Source: Gemmatimonadaceae bacterium | GTDB lineage: Bacteria > Gemmatimonadota > Gemmatimonadetes > Gemmatimonadales > Gemmatimonadaceae | DNA length: 56,856 nucleotides | Direction: 5' to 3' | Assembly: GCA_036383935.1 (NCBI GenBank) | Contig: DASVNI010000338.1 | Span: 1-56,856, forward strand | Shown: one piece after another, positions 35,248 to 43,681 of the stretch | Numbering within the stretch: the first letter of the stretch is position 1 | Layout: each line of letters starts with the position of its first letter | Position numbers and translations under genes: made by a program | Notes under the pieces: generated by a model | Told to the model about the DNA's origin: nothing | The model's input: the letters and a program-made list of their open reading frames with translations, nothing else | Database searches by the model: none

Positions 35248-36011
35248 GCGCACATGCTCCCCTCTCGGGTCAGTACCGTGCCGCGCGTCGCATCAGCGAT
35301 CGCGGCGATGTCAGAGATGCGAACGCGTTGCACCCCGCCGTCCAGCGCGGACAGCGCGGCTTGAAGCTTGGCAGCCATTCCTCCCCGGGCGGTCCCGTCT
35401 TCGATCAGTCGCTGGGCATCCTCGGGGCCGAGGGACACGACCGGCTGCTCCTCGAGGAGGACGCCAGCGACGTCGGACACAAGCAACAGCTCCTCCGCCT
35501 CGAGCGCCGCGGCGATCGCCGCCGCCGCGTCGTCGCCGTTGACGTTCAGCGTAGCACCGAACGCGCGATCGGTCGAGCGACTCACCGGCGAGATGACTGG
35601 CAGCAATCCCGCGATCAGGAGCTGACGCAACAGCTCGGCGTTGACTCCCGAGGGCGTGCCGACGTGGCCGTAGCGCTCCGGATCGAGCGGATCCGCCGTG
35701 AGCAGACTGCCATCCTCTCCGGACAGGCCGATCGCCGCGATGCCGGCGTCGGTGAGCGACGAGACGAGCCGCTTGTTCGCCGAGCCGGAGAGCGCCATCC
35801 GGATGATCTCGAGATCCAATGCGCTCGTGACGCGACGCCCGCCCGCGAAGCGCGCTTCCACTCCGTAGAGACGCTGCAGTGTGCTGACTTCATCGCCGCC
35901 GCCATGCACCACGACGAGCGACCCGGGGGCCGCACGATGGGCGGCCGCGAGCGCCGTCGGCAGCGCAGCGTCGAGCTGGGGACGCCCGCCGATCTTGATC
36001 ACGCGCGTCAT
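35244..36011 (-). CDS. argB: Acetylglutamate kinase
   Basis: VIKIGG..., VVHGGG, NVNGDDAAAAIA. ATGA overlap with the argC stop. Confidence 0.9.
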   Translation of the reverse strand: MTRVIKIGGRPQLDAALPTALAAAHRAAPGSLVVVHGGGDEVSTLQRLYGVEARFAGGRRVTSALDLEIIRMALSGSANKRLVSSLTDAGIAAIGLSGEDGSLLTADPLDPERYGHVGTPSGVNAELLRQLLIAGLLPVISPVSRSTDRAFGATLNVNGDDAAAAIAAALEAEELLLVSDVAGVLLEEQPVVSLGPEDAQRLIEDGTARGGMAAKLQAALSALDGGVQRVRISDIAAIADATRGTVLTREGSMCA

Positions 36012-37009
36012 GCGGGCAATCCGAGCGTCTCGTCCAGCCCGAGCATCAGGTTGGCGTTCTGCAGTGCCTGCCCGGCGGCGCCTTTGACGAGGTTATCGAT
36101 GGCGGAGGTGACGAGCAGCGTGGGTGTGCGCGTCCCGGCGATCATCGTGGCGGTCAGCCGCACGACGTTGCGCCGCACCACCTCGTGCAGCGTCGGTTGC
36201 TGGTCAGCTACTTCGATGAACGGCTCGTCGGCGTAGGTCTCGCGGTAGATCGCGAGCGGATCGTCGAGGGAAGCCGTGAGCGGGATCGTGATCGTCGAGA
36301 GAATGCCGCGCGCGACAGGCAGGAGGTGCGGCGTGAACACCAGATCTGCGTTCGCGCCGATGGTGCCGAGCGTCGCCGTCATCTCCTTGAGATGCCGGTG
36401 CGTGTTGCCGACGCCATACGCGCGGTAGTCGCCCGAGATCTCGGCGAACAGATACTCGCGCTTCGGCGTGTTGCCCGCCCCGCTCACCCCGCTGGCCGAG
36501 TTCGCGATCACCGTGGCGCCTGGCGCGACGACTCCGGCGCGGACGAGTGGCGCGAGGGCCAGCAGGATCGACGTGGGATAACACCCAGGGTTGGCCACGA
36601 CGTCCGCGGTGCGGATCTGCTCGCGCAGTAATGCACCGTCCTGACCGGCGCGGAGCTCCGGCATTCCGTAGACGGCGTCGCCACCGCCATGCCCTGGCCG
36701 GAGATCGCTGGAAAGATCTACGACGCGCGCGCCGGCATCGCGGGCGCGCGTGACCCACGGCAGCGAGGCGCCATGCGGCAGCGCGCAGAACACGACCGCG
36801 GCGCCGTCGAGGGCGACGTCGTCCGGTCCCTGAAAGGTGACCGTGCCTCCACCGACACGGATGGTCTTCCCGCGCTGTTCGTTCGCCGTCGCGAAGGCGA
36901 GCGAGAGCCGAGGATGCGATGCGACGAGAGCGCAAAGCTCGCGGCCGGCGTATCCGCTGGCCCCGAGGACGCCCACCGGGATCTTATTCACGTTATAATG
37001 CATAATCAT
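36008..37009 (-). CDS. argC: N-acetyl-gamma-glutamyl-phosphate reductase
   Basis: VGVLGASGYAGRELCALV and ANPGCYPT (catalytic Cys). The start is ambiguous: TTG 37027, ATG 37009/37003 or GTG 36991. All of these sit in or next to the ARG-box palindrome. Confidence 0.85.
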   Translation of the reverse strand: MIMHYNVNKIPVGVLGASGYAGRELCALVASHPRLSLAFATANEQRGKTIRVGGGTVTFQGPDDVALDGAAVVFCALPHGASLPWVTRARDAGARVVDLSSDLRPGHGGGDAVYGMPELRAGQDGALLREQIRTADVVANPGCYPTSILLALAPLVRAGVVAPGATVIANSASGVSGAGNTPKREYLFAEISGDYRAYGVGNTHRHLKEMTATLGTIGANADLVFTPHLLPVARGILSTITIPLTASLDDPLAIYRETYADEPFIEVADQQPTLHEVVRRNVVRLTATMIAGTRTPTLLVTSAIDNLVKGAAGQALQNANLMLGLDETLGLPA

Positions 37010-37013
37010 GCAT
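36998..37013. promoter_or_regulatory. ARG-box-like palindrome in the argC/argR divergent region
   Basis: ATGCATAATCATGCAT, i.e. TGCAT-N4-ATGCA. This is the same architecture as the TGAAT-N4-ATTCA core of ArgR/AhrC boxes. It lies in an AT-rich patch (ttataatgcataatcatgcatgatt). Confidence 0.6.
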
Positions 37014-37083
37014 GATTCTGCGGTCAATGGTCTTTCCAGACGCTACTGTGAATGATAGACTGCGCGAGCCTCAAGGAGGAGCG

Positions 37084-37545
37084 ATGACCAGAAAGCACGA
37101 GCGGCAGGCCGCGATCCTCGAGCTCGTGGTGAGTCACGTCGTGGGCAGCCAGGAGGAGCTGCGTCAGCTGCTCCTAGCGCGGGGAATGGATGTCACCCAA
37201 GCGACACTGTCGCGCGACTTGCGCGACCTCCACCTCGCTCGGGTGTCCGAGGCGGGCGGAGCGCGGTACGTGCTGCCGGAGTCGCTCGCGACGGATGATG
37301 GCAAGCCATTGCTCGCCAACCTCTTGCCCCAGCTCTTCGCGCGCGTGGACGGCGTCGGAGAGCTCATCGTCCTTCATACGGTAGCGAGCGGCGCCCAGCC
37401 CATCGCCGAGGCGATTGACCAGGAAGAGTTCGCCGAGGTCCTCGGCACCATTGCCGGCGACGACACCATCCTGATCGTGACCCGCTCCGTCGCGGCCCGC
37501 CTCGCCCTGACCGAGCACCTCCGCACGCTCGCCGGCGACCGCTGA
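37084..37545 (+). CDS. argR: Arginine repressor
   Basis: RQAAILELV....SQEELRQLLLARGMDVTQATLSRDLRDL winged helix. C-terminal GTIAGDDTILIV oligomerisation/arginine-binding motif. AAGGAGGA upstream. Confidence 0.9.
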   Translation: MTRKHERQAAILELVVSHVVGSQEELRQLLLARGMDVTQATLSRDLRDLHLARVSEAGGARYVLPESLATDDGKPLLANLLPQLFARVDGVGELIVLHTVASGAQPIAEAIDQEEFAEVLGTIAGDDTILIVTRSVAARLALTEHLRTLAGDR

Positions 37546-37590
37546 GATCTGGGCCCAATCAGCCCCGTCGCGCCGAGGGAACTCTCTGTC

Positions 37591-37640
37591 TTGACGGGGG
37601 TTCTCTCGCTGTGTAAATATGCATGAAGTCTGCATAATTT
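37591..37640 (+). promoter_or_regulatory. argG promoter with overlapping ATGCAT/TGCATA ARG-box half-sites
   Basis: TTGACG (37591-96), 17 nt, then TAAATA. ATGCAT is at 37619-24 and TGCATAA at 37631-37. Confidence 0.5.
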
Positions 37641-37657
37641 CTTACTCAGGAGCTGCC

Positions 37658-38941
37658 ATGCCGCGCACCATCGTCCTTGCGTATTCCGGGGGGCTCGACA
37701 CCTCGATCATCGTTCCCTGGCTTCGCGAGAACTACGACGCACGCGTGATCTGCGTCGCCGCCGACATCGGTCAGGGGGCCGGCGAGCTGCGTGGCGTGCG
37801 GGAGAAGGCGCTCGCCTCCGGCGCTGAGGAATGCTACATCGAGGATCTGCGCGAGGAGTTCGTCCGCGACTTCATCTTCCCGACGCTCCGCGCAGGGGCC
37901 GTCTACAACCGCAAGTATCTCCTCGGCACGGCCATGGCGCGCCCGCTGATCGCCAAGCGTCAGGTCGAGGTCGCGCGCCGTGTCAACGCGGATGCGCTCG
38001 CGCACGGCTGCACCGGAAAGGGGAACGATCAGGTGCGCTTCGAGATGACCTTCGCCACCCTCGCCCCGGATCTCCCGGTCATCGCGCCCTGGCGCGAGTG
38101 GACGATCCGCAGCCGCGAGGACGCGATCGACTACGCCAACTCGCGTGGCATTCCGATCGCCGCGACCAAGGAGAAGATCTATTCGCGCGATGCCAACCTG
38201 TGGCACCTCTCGCACGAGGGCGGCAACCTCGAGGATCCGAACTCGGCGCCCAAGCCGGACATGTTCATGCTCACGAGCGAGCCGTCGGATGCCCCCGATC
38301 AGCCCGAGGACGTCGTCATCGGCTTCGAGCGTGGCACGCCGGTGAACGTCAACGGCAGGACGCTCGGTCCCGTCGAGATCGTCGCGGCGCTCAATGCGAT
38401 CGGTGGCCGGCACGGCGTCGGACGAATCGATCTCGTCGAGGATCGCATGGTCGGCATGAAGTCGCGCGGCGTCTACGAGACCCCGGGCGGCACGCTGCTC
38501 TACACGGCACACTCGGAGCTCGAGCAGCTCGTGCTCGACCGTCGCACGCTGTCGGCGAAGGATCTCATCGCGCCGCGCTACGCCGATCTCGTCTACGAGG
38601 GCCGGTGGTGGACCACCGAGCGTGAGGCGTACGACGCGTTCGTGAACGCCACCCAGGAGCGCCTGACGGGGACCGTCACGCTGCGGCTCTACAAGGGCTC
38701 GGTGAGCGTGGTCGGACGGCAGAGCGAGCAGGCACTGTACGACGAGCGCTTCGTCACCTTCGGCGAGGACGACGTCTACCAGCAGAGCGACGCGGCGGGC
38801 TTCATTCGCCTGTTCGCGCTGCCGGCACGAGTGCGTGCCATCAAGGATCAGGAGCTCGCGGCAGCGCACTCGGTCGGCAGCGACGAGCCGTCGCTTCCCA
38901 GTGCGCCGTCCGTTCCGTCCCCCGTGCTCGCCGGCGTCTGA
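37658..38941 (+). CDS. argG: Argininosuccinate synthase
   Basis: [38 protein letters not shown] lies 5 nt upstream. Confidence 0.93.
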   Translation: MPRTIVLAYSGGLDTSIIVPWLRENYDARVICVAADIGQGAGELRGVREKALASGAEECYIEDLREEFVRDFIFPTLRAGAVYNRKYLLGTAMARPLIAKRQVEVARRVNADALAHGCTGKGNDQVRFEMTFATLAPDLPVIAPWREWTIRSREDAIDYANSRGIPIAATKEKIYSRDANLWHLSHEGGNLEDPNSAPKPDMFMLTSEPSDAPDQPEDVVIGFERGTPVNVNGRTLGPVEIVAALNAIGGRHGVGRIDLVEDRMVGMKSRGVYETPGGTLLYTAHSELEQLVLDRRTLSAKDLIAPRYADLVYEGRWWTTEREAYDAFVNATQERLTGTVTLRLYKGSVSVVGRQSEQALYDERFVTFGEDDVYQQSDAAGFIRLFALPARVRAIKDQELAAAHSVGSDEPSLPSAPSVPSPVLAGV

Positions 38942-38967
38942 GCCGCGACGCGGAGACGGAGCGCAGC

Positions 38968-40419
38968 ATGAATATCGACGTGGGGGCGCCGCCGGCGCCC
39001 CAGACTCAGCCCCGTACGCACAAGCTATGGGGCGGCCGGTTCGGCGCGGGCCCGACGCCGGAGTTCGACGCACTCAACAACTCCATTGGCGTCGATTTCC
39101 GCCTCTGGCCCTACGATATCCGCCTCTCCAAGGCGTGGGCCGTCGCCCTCTGGGGCGCAACCGTGCTCACGCTCGAGGAGAGCAAGGCGATCGAGAGAGG
39201 CCTCGACGCCGTAGCAGTACGACTGGAGGGTGGCGAGCAGCCGCAGCCGTCGGACGAGGACGTGCACACGTTGATCGATCGGTTGCTTCACGAGGAGATT
39301 GGTGACGTCGCCTCGAAGCTGCACACCGGCCGCAGTCGCAACGATCAGGTGTCGACGGCGGCGAGGCTGTGGACGATCGACGTGTGCCAGCATCTCGACA
39401 GCGCCCTTCGCGGGCTGCAGCGCACGATGGTGGAACAGGCTTCAAAGCTGGAGACGGCGCTCATGCCGTCGTACACCCACCTGCAGCGCGCCATTCCCGT
39501 CTCCGCGACGCACTGGCTGCTCTCGCACTTCTGGCCGCTCGAGCGCGATCGCGCGCGACTCCGCGCCGCCCATCGCTCCGCGGCGGTCCTGCCTCTGGGC
39601 TCCGGCGCGGTGGCGGGCTGCGCGTATCCGATCTCGCGCATCCTCATTCAGGGCACGCTCGGCTTCGATGCACTCTCGCCGAACTCCATCGACGCGGTGA
39701 GCGATCGCGATTTCATCGCGGAGGTCCTGTTCGCCGCGACGATGATCGGCACCCATCTGTCGCGCCTGGCCGAGGACCTCATCATCTACGGCTCCAGCGA
39801 GTTCGGCTTCGTGCAGTTCGGCGAGGGCTACACCTCGGGCTCGAGCATGATGCCTCAGAAGCGGAACCCGGACGCGTTGGAGCTGGCCCGCGGTTCGGCC
39901 GCACGCATGCTCGGCAACCTCACGACGCTGCTCGCCACCCTCAAGGGGCTGCCCTCGAGCTACAACAAGGACCTGCAGGACGACAAGCGCGTGCTCTTCG
40001 ACGCGACCGACACGCTGCTTCTCGTTCTGCCCGCGGTGTCGGGCGCGCTCGCCGAGTGCACCTTCCGCCCGGACCGCATGCGCGCGGCGCTCTCGAGCAG
40101 CATGATGGCTACCGATCTCGCCGACTATCTCGTGCGAAAGGGCGCCACCTTCCGCGAGGCGCATGGGGCAGTCGGCCGTCTGGTCCGGGAGAGTGAGTCG
40201 ACTGGGCAGGAGATGCAGGCGCTTCCGTTCTCGTCCTTCGCCGCGGCGCATCCGCATTTCTCGGAGGACGTGTACGAAGCCCTGAGCGCCGAACGGTCGG
40301 TCATCCACCGAGAGGTCGAGGGTGGTACCGGTCCTGCGGCGGTGCGTGCGCAGCTCGAGGCCGCTCAGGCGGCGCTCGCCCCGCCACCGACACCTCGGTC
40401 CACGAACACCGTCCCCTGA
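38968..40419 (+). CDS. argH: Argininosuccinate lyase
   Basis: KLWGGRF, TGRSRNDQV, GSSMMPQKRNPD signature. Confidence 0.93.
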   Translation: MNIDVGAPPAPQTQPRTHKLWGGRFGAGPTPEFDALNNSIGVDFRLWPYDIRLSKAWAVALWGATVLTLEESKAIERGLDAVAVRLEGGEQPQPSDEDVHTLIDRLLHEEIGDVASKLHTGRSRNDQVSTAARLWTIDVCQHLDSALRGLQRTMVEQASKLETALMPSYTHLQRAIPVSATHWLLSHFWPLERDRARLRAAHRSAAVLPLGSGAVAGCAYPISRILIQGTLGFDALSPNSIDAVSDRDFIAEVLFAATMIGTHLSRLAEDLIIYGSSEFGFVQFGEGYTSGSSMMPQKRNPDALELARGSAARMLGNLTTLLATLKGLPSSYNKDLQDDKRVLFDATDTLLLVLPAVSGALAECTFRPDRMRAALSSSMMATDLADYLVRKGATFREAHGAVGRLVRESESTGQEMQALPFSSFAAAHPHFSEDVYEALSAERSVIHREVEGGTGPAAVRAQLEAAQAALAPPPTPRSTNTVP

Positions 40420-40432
40420 GACTGGACGTTCC

Positions 40433-40918
40433 CTAGCGCGCCGGCCGGGGCGGCTCCGCATCGACATCGCGCGTGCGGGCCGCCTCGGCGGAGTGCGTCG
40501 GCACGTCGGGATTGTTTTCGTTCGCCGATGACGGCGCTGGTGCTGGTTTGACCGCAGGCGTGTCCTGGACGACGAACGGTCCTTCGACGGGCATCTCTGC
40601 GACCGCCGGCCCCAGCTCGCAGAACACCAGGGGCATGCGCGGATCCTGTGCGGCATAGCCAGGACGTGCACCAGCGAAGGGCGCGTCGAGCACCTGGAGC
40701 GCGCTGACCTCGTGCAGCAGATAGTTCCGCCAGCCGCCCGCAGGATCCGAGCGGCTGTAGCCCGCGCGAAGCCATCCGCTCAGCATCTCGTGACCAGCGC
40801 TGTTCACGCCGAAGCGATGTGGTTCGACGACGCGGATCAGGTCGCCGTACTCGAACATCACCAAGGATCGGCGCTGAATCGCGCCGCAGAGCTGCTCCCG
40901 TAGCTCGGCCGCCCCCAT
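40433..40918 (-). CDS. Hypothetical protein (161 aa), possibly WYL-like fold with a low-complexity tail
   Basis: Internal ATG 40918 has GAGGAG upstream. The segment VMFEYGDLIRVVEPHRFG...GWRNYLLHEVSALQVLDAPF is reminiscent of WYL-type domains. The upstream part of the 352-aa ORF overlaps the DUF411 gene. Confidence 0.5.
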   Translation of the reverse strand: MGAAELREQLCGAIQRRSLVMFEYGDLIRVVEPHRFGVNSAGHEMLSGWLRAGYSRSDPAGGWRNYLLHEVSALQVLDAPFAGARPGYAAQDPRMPLVFCELGPAVAEMPVEGPFVVQDTPAVKPAPAPSSANENNPDVPTHSAEAARTRDVDAEPPRPAR

Positions 40919-41031
40919 CGGTGCTCCTCGAAGGTCTCTCGGAGGATTCGGAGCGAGAAACGGACCGTCCCGCGCCTCCCGGATGATCTGGACGGTCGAT
41001 CGCGCGGGCGTGTGGTTCGCTTCGGACCTGT

Positions 41032-41544
41032 TCAGTGCTGCGCGAAGACGCGGGTCGAGTTCCCGGTGCCGAATGCGACGACGTCGTATCGATCGCGACG
41101 ATTGCCCATCTCCATGCCGGGCGACCCCGTCGGCATACCGGGCACGGCGAGTCCCAGCGTTCCGGCAGGTCGCGCGGCCAGCAGCTTCTTCACGTCGGCG
41201 GCGGGCACGTGACCTTCGATTAGGTACTTGCCCGCGACGGCGGTATGACACGAGCGCAGCGCAGTCGGTACGCCGAGTCCGTCCTTCAGCGCGTCCATGT
41301 CGGAGCGATCGTGTACTTCGGGCGCGAATCCGTTGGCCTGCAGATGCGCCACCCACTTGGTGCAGCAGCCGCAGGAGGGATCCTTGTACACCGTGATGGC
41401 GAGCGGTTTCGGCTCGGCGGCGCTCACAGTGGGACGTAGCGCCAGCAGCACTGCCCCGCCCAACGTGGTCGTCGCGGCGCGCGCGATCCACGCGCGCCGC
41501 GTCATCTGCGTGTCGTCCATGGTCGAGCGTCCTGTGTGCGACAT
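41032..41544 (-). CDS. DUF411-type periplasmic metal-binding protein (CopG-like)
   Basis: Tat-like signal (TRRAWIARAA). SCGCC and MPxGSPGME motifs. Confidence 0.75.
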   Translation of the reverse strand: MSHTGRSTMDDTQMTRRAWIARAATTTLGGAVLLALRPTVSAAEPKPLAITVYKDPSCGCCTKWVAHLQANGFAPEVHDRSDMDALKDGLGVPTALRSCHTAVAGKYLIEGHVPAADVKKLLAARPAGTLGLAVPGMPTGSPGMEMGNRRDRYDVVAFGTGNSTRVFAQH

Positions 41545-41581
41545 GAAAATGGTGAAGCGGTGCGACTCGTACCCCCGGAAG

Positions 41582-43276
41582 TTAGTCCGGTTCGCTGACG
41601 GCGTCGATTCTCATGACCGGCGTGGGACGGCCGCGGCGCCCGTTCTTCTTACGGGAGTACAGCTCGGCGTCCGCGCGCTCCAGCGCATCGCGCAACGCCA
41701 GCATCGGATCGAGCGTGCTGGTACCAACGGTCGCGCTGACGCTGTACGGCAGGTCGGGTTGTGCCTGAACTGCGATCGCGCCGGCGAGTCGGGCGTCGAT
41801 CTGTCGCGCGGCGGCGTGATCTCCATCGGTCAGCAGCGCCACGAACTCGTCGCCACTCCAGCGCGCGACGATGTCGGCCTCACGCAGGATGCTCTTGAAT
41901 GCCGAGGCCACGAGCTTGAGCGCAGCGTCGCCCGAAGCATGACCGTGCAGGTCGTTGATTTCCTTGAGATCGTCGAGATCCGCGAACACGAGCACGGGGA
42001 CACGTCCATGGCGGCGCGCGCGCGCGAGCTCCTGTTCGGCGAAGAGCGTGAATCCACGCCGATTGTGCAGACCGGTCAGCTCGTCGATCAGCGCGAGCGC
42101 GTGCAGGTCGCGCTCGTAGCGAAGCTGCGCGCTGATGTCACGTGCGAGCACGACGACCGCGGGTCGATCGTGATAGACGCACGGACTCGAGACGATCTCG
42201 ACGTCCAGCGTCCCTCCGCCCGCAGTCTGCAAGCGGCCGCGGACACGGGGCGCGCGTCCGCCCGCGTCGTCGGTTGCCTGTCCTGCCAGTGCGACGCGCG
42301 TATCCTCGTCCGCGAAGTCGTCGATGGGTCGGCCTACGAGGTCTTCCTCGCTCGCGAGACCCAGCATCTCCGCCGCCGCGGGATTGGTGAAGAGGATCTT
42401 GCCATTGGCGTGAACCAGGACGGCCTCCGGCGACAGCGCCAGCAACTGCCGATAACGCGCATCGGTCTCGCGCAGTGTGCGGAGATGTCGACGTGAGTTG
42501 AGGCGGACGAGTACGAGGACGGCGAGTGCAGCAGCGCCGCCGCCAATGAGCGACCAGAGCAACCAGGCGGGCCACTCCGGCTCCGACGACATGATGACGA
42601 CGTCGTCCATCGTGCGCGGCACGAGCTGCCATACGACAGGCTCGTCGGCATTGTCCCGATACGATGTGACGATGCCGGCGATCGTGAGGCTGTCGTGCGC
42701 CTGGATCGATGTGAGATCGACTTGCGCACCATGGTTTGCTGGCACCCACACCGTCACTGTGCCCGCGGCAGCATTCTGCCGGTCGGCCAGGCGAATCCAG
42801 CGTCCGCCCTCGCTGTGCCCCGATGCGGTGACTCGCCCGCTCACGCGTACGAGCTCTCCGGGATGCTGCGCCATCGTCCTGGCGTCGATTGCCAGATCGC
42901 GTGGAGCCGTCGGCCGCCGCGGACCTGGAATGATGCTCAGGCGCGTCGCCAGTAGCTCGCGATCCCCGCGATATCGCCTGATCATGCCGGTGGCCATCAC
43001 GCTGTCGCCCTCCCGCACGGGCAGCTTCAGCGTGCGCGAGAAGATTCGGATTCCACCGCTGGCGTCCTGCAGCGCGATCTCGAACCCCTTCGATTGCAAC
43101 TGCCCCGCTCCGACTGTGGCGCGTCCGGCGACTGTCACCAGCGTGTTCGTTCCTTCGGTCGCGAGCGCTGCAGCGATTGGACGAATCGGCGCGCGCGCTT
43201 CCTGCGCGCCACACAGGGTCGTCGCGCCGAGCGTCGCGGACACCAGCACACCAATGTGAACGGACCGACGGATCAT
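41582..43276 (-). CDS. Diguanylate cyclase: periplasmic N-terminal domain, TM, PAS, GGDEF (SGDEF variant)
   Basis: PAS (YRQLLALSPEAVLVHANGKILFTNPAAAEMLG). GGDEF domain with LTGLHNRRGF, DLDDLKEINDLHGHASGD, RWSGDEFV. READ lies 5 residues before SGDEF, at the I-site position. Confidence 0.85.
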   Translation of the reverse strand: MIRRSVHIGVLVSATLGATTLCGAQEARAPIRPIAAALATEGTNTLVTVAGRATVGAGQLQSKGFEIALQDASGGIRIFSRTLKLPVREGDSVMATGMIRRYRGDRELLATRLSIIPGPRRPTAPRDLAIDARTMAQHPGELVRVSGRVTASGHSEGGRWIRLADRQNAAAGTVTVWVPANHGAQVDLTSIQAHDSLTIAGIVTSYRDNADEPVVWQLVPRTMDDVVIMSSEPEWPAWLLWSLIGGGAAALAVLVLVRLNSRRHLRTLRETDARYRQLLALSPEAVLVHANGKILFTNPAAAEMLGLASEEDLVGRPIDDFADEDTRVALAGQATDDAGGRAPRVRGRLQTAGGGTLDVEIVSSPCVYHDRPAVVVLARDISAQLRYERDLHALALIDELTGLHNRRGFTLFAEQELARARRHGRVPVLVFADLDDLKEINDLHGHASGDAALKLVASAFKSILREADIVARWSGDEFVALLTDGDHAAARQIDARLAGAIAVQAQPDLPYSVSATVGTSTLDPMLALRDALERADAELYSRKKNGRRGRPTPVMRIDAVSEPD

Positions 43277-43365
43277 GCCGGTGACCAGCGAGGAAGGACC
43301 GACGGGACGACGGATGCTACGGTGGGGGGGTGCGATAAGATAGCAGTTCCCCCGTCGTGCGTCGA

Positions 43366-43596
43366 TCAGGAGTCGTCCGATGACTTGTGTGCTCCACGGG
43401 TACGGCATCGGACGCAAAGCGTCTCGGCGCCGAGGTCAGTCGCCAATCGGCGAACGAACGAGCCGTGCAGGTGCGTGAAGCAGAGGATCCGGCGGCAGCG
43501 CACGCAGGCGCCGCCTTTCAGGATGTCGACGCGGCCGCCGCACTCGTCACAGTCTGTCGCGATCTCGGTGTCGCGGAAGATGCCGAATTTGGCCAT
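43366..43596 (-). CDS. Small Cys-rich zinc-finger protein (76 aa)
   Basis: CDEC...CVRC...C..H...CVRC pattern from internal ATG 43596. Divergent from hrpB. Confidence 0.45.
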   Translation of the reverse strand: MAKFGIFRDTEIATDCDECGGRVDILKGGACVRCRRILCFTHLHGSFVRRLATDLGAETLCVRCRTRGAHKSSDDS

Positions 43597-43681
43597 GGTC
43601 GTTGGGGCGTCCGCTGGGCGTGAGTCGAGTCGAAGCTGACGACACATTATACCCGCTCGGGCGTGGACGTTCATCGCCACG

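Noticed and set aside
37619-37657. The argG start at ATG 37619 in the ORF track.
   Set aside because: That ATG is part of the ATGCAT ARG-box half-site. ATG 37658 has a CAGGAG SD and gives the canonical [17 protein letters not shown]-terminus.
40919-41491. The upstream two-thirds of the 352-aa ORF 40433..41491.
   Set aside because: It overlaps the well-supported DUF411 gene (41032..41544) in another frame and is Arg-rich. A good SD and ATG at 40918 start the credible part.
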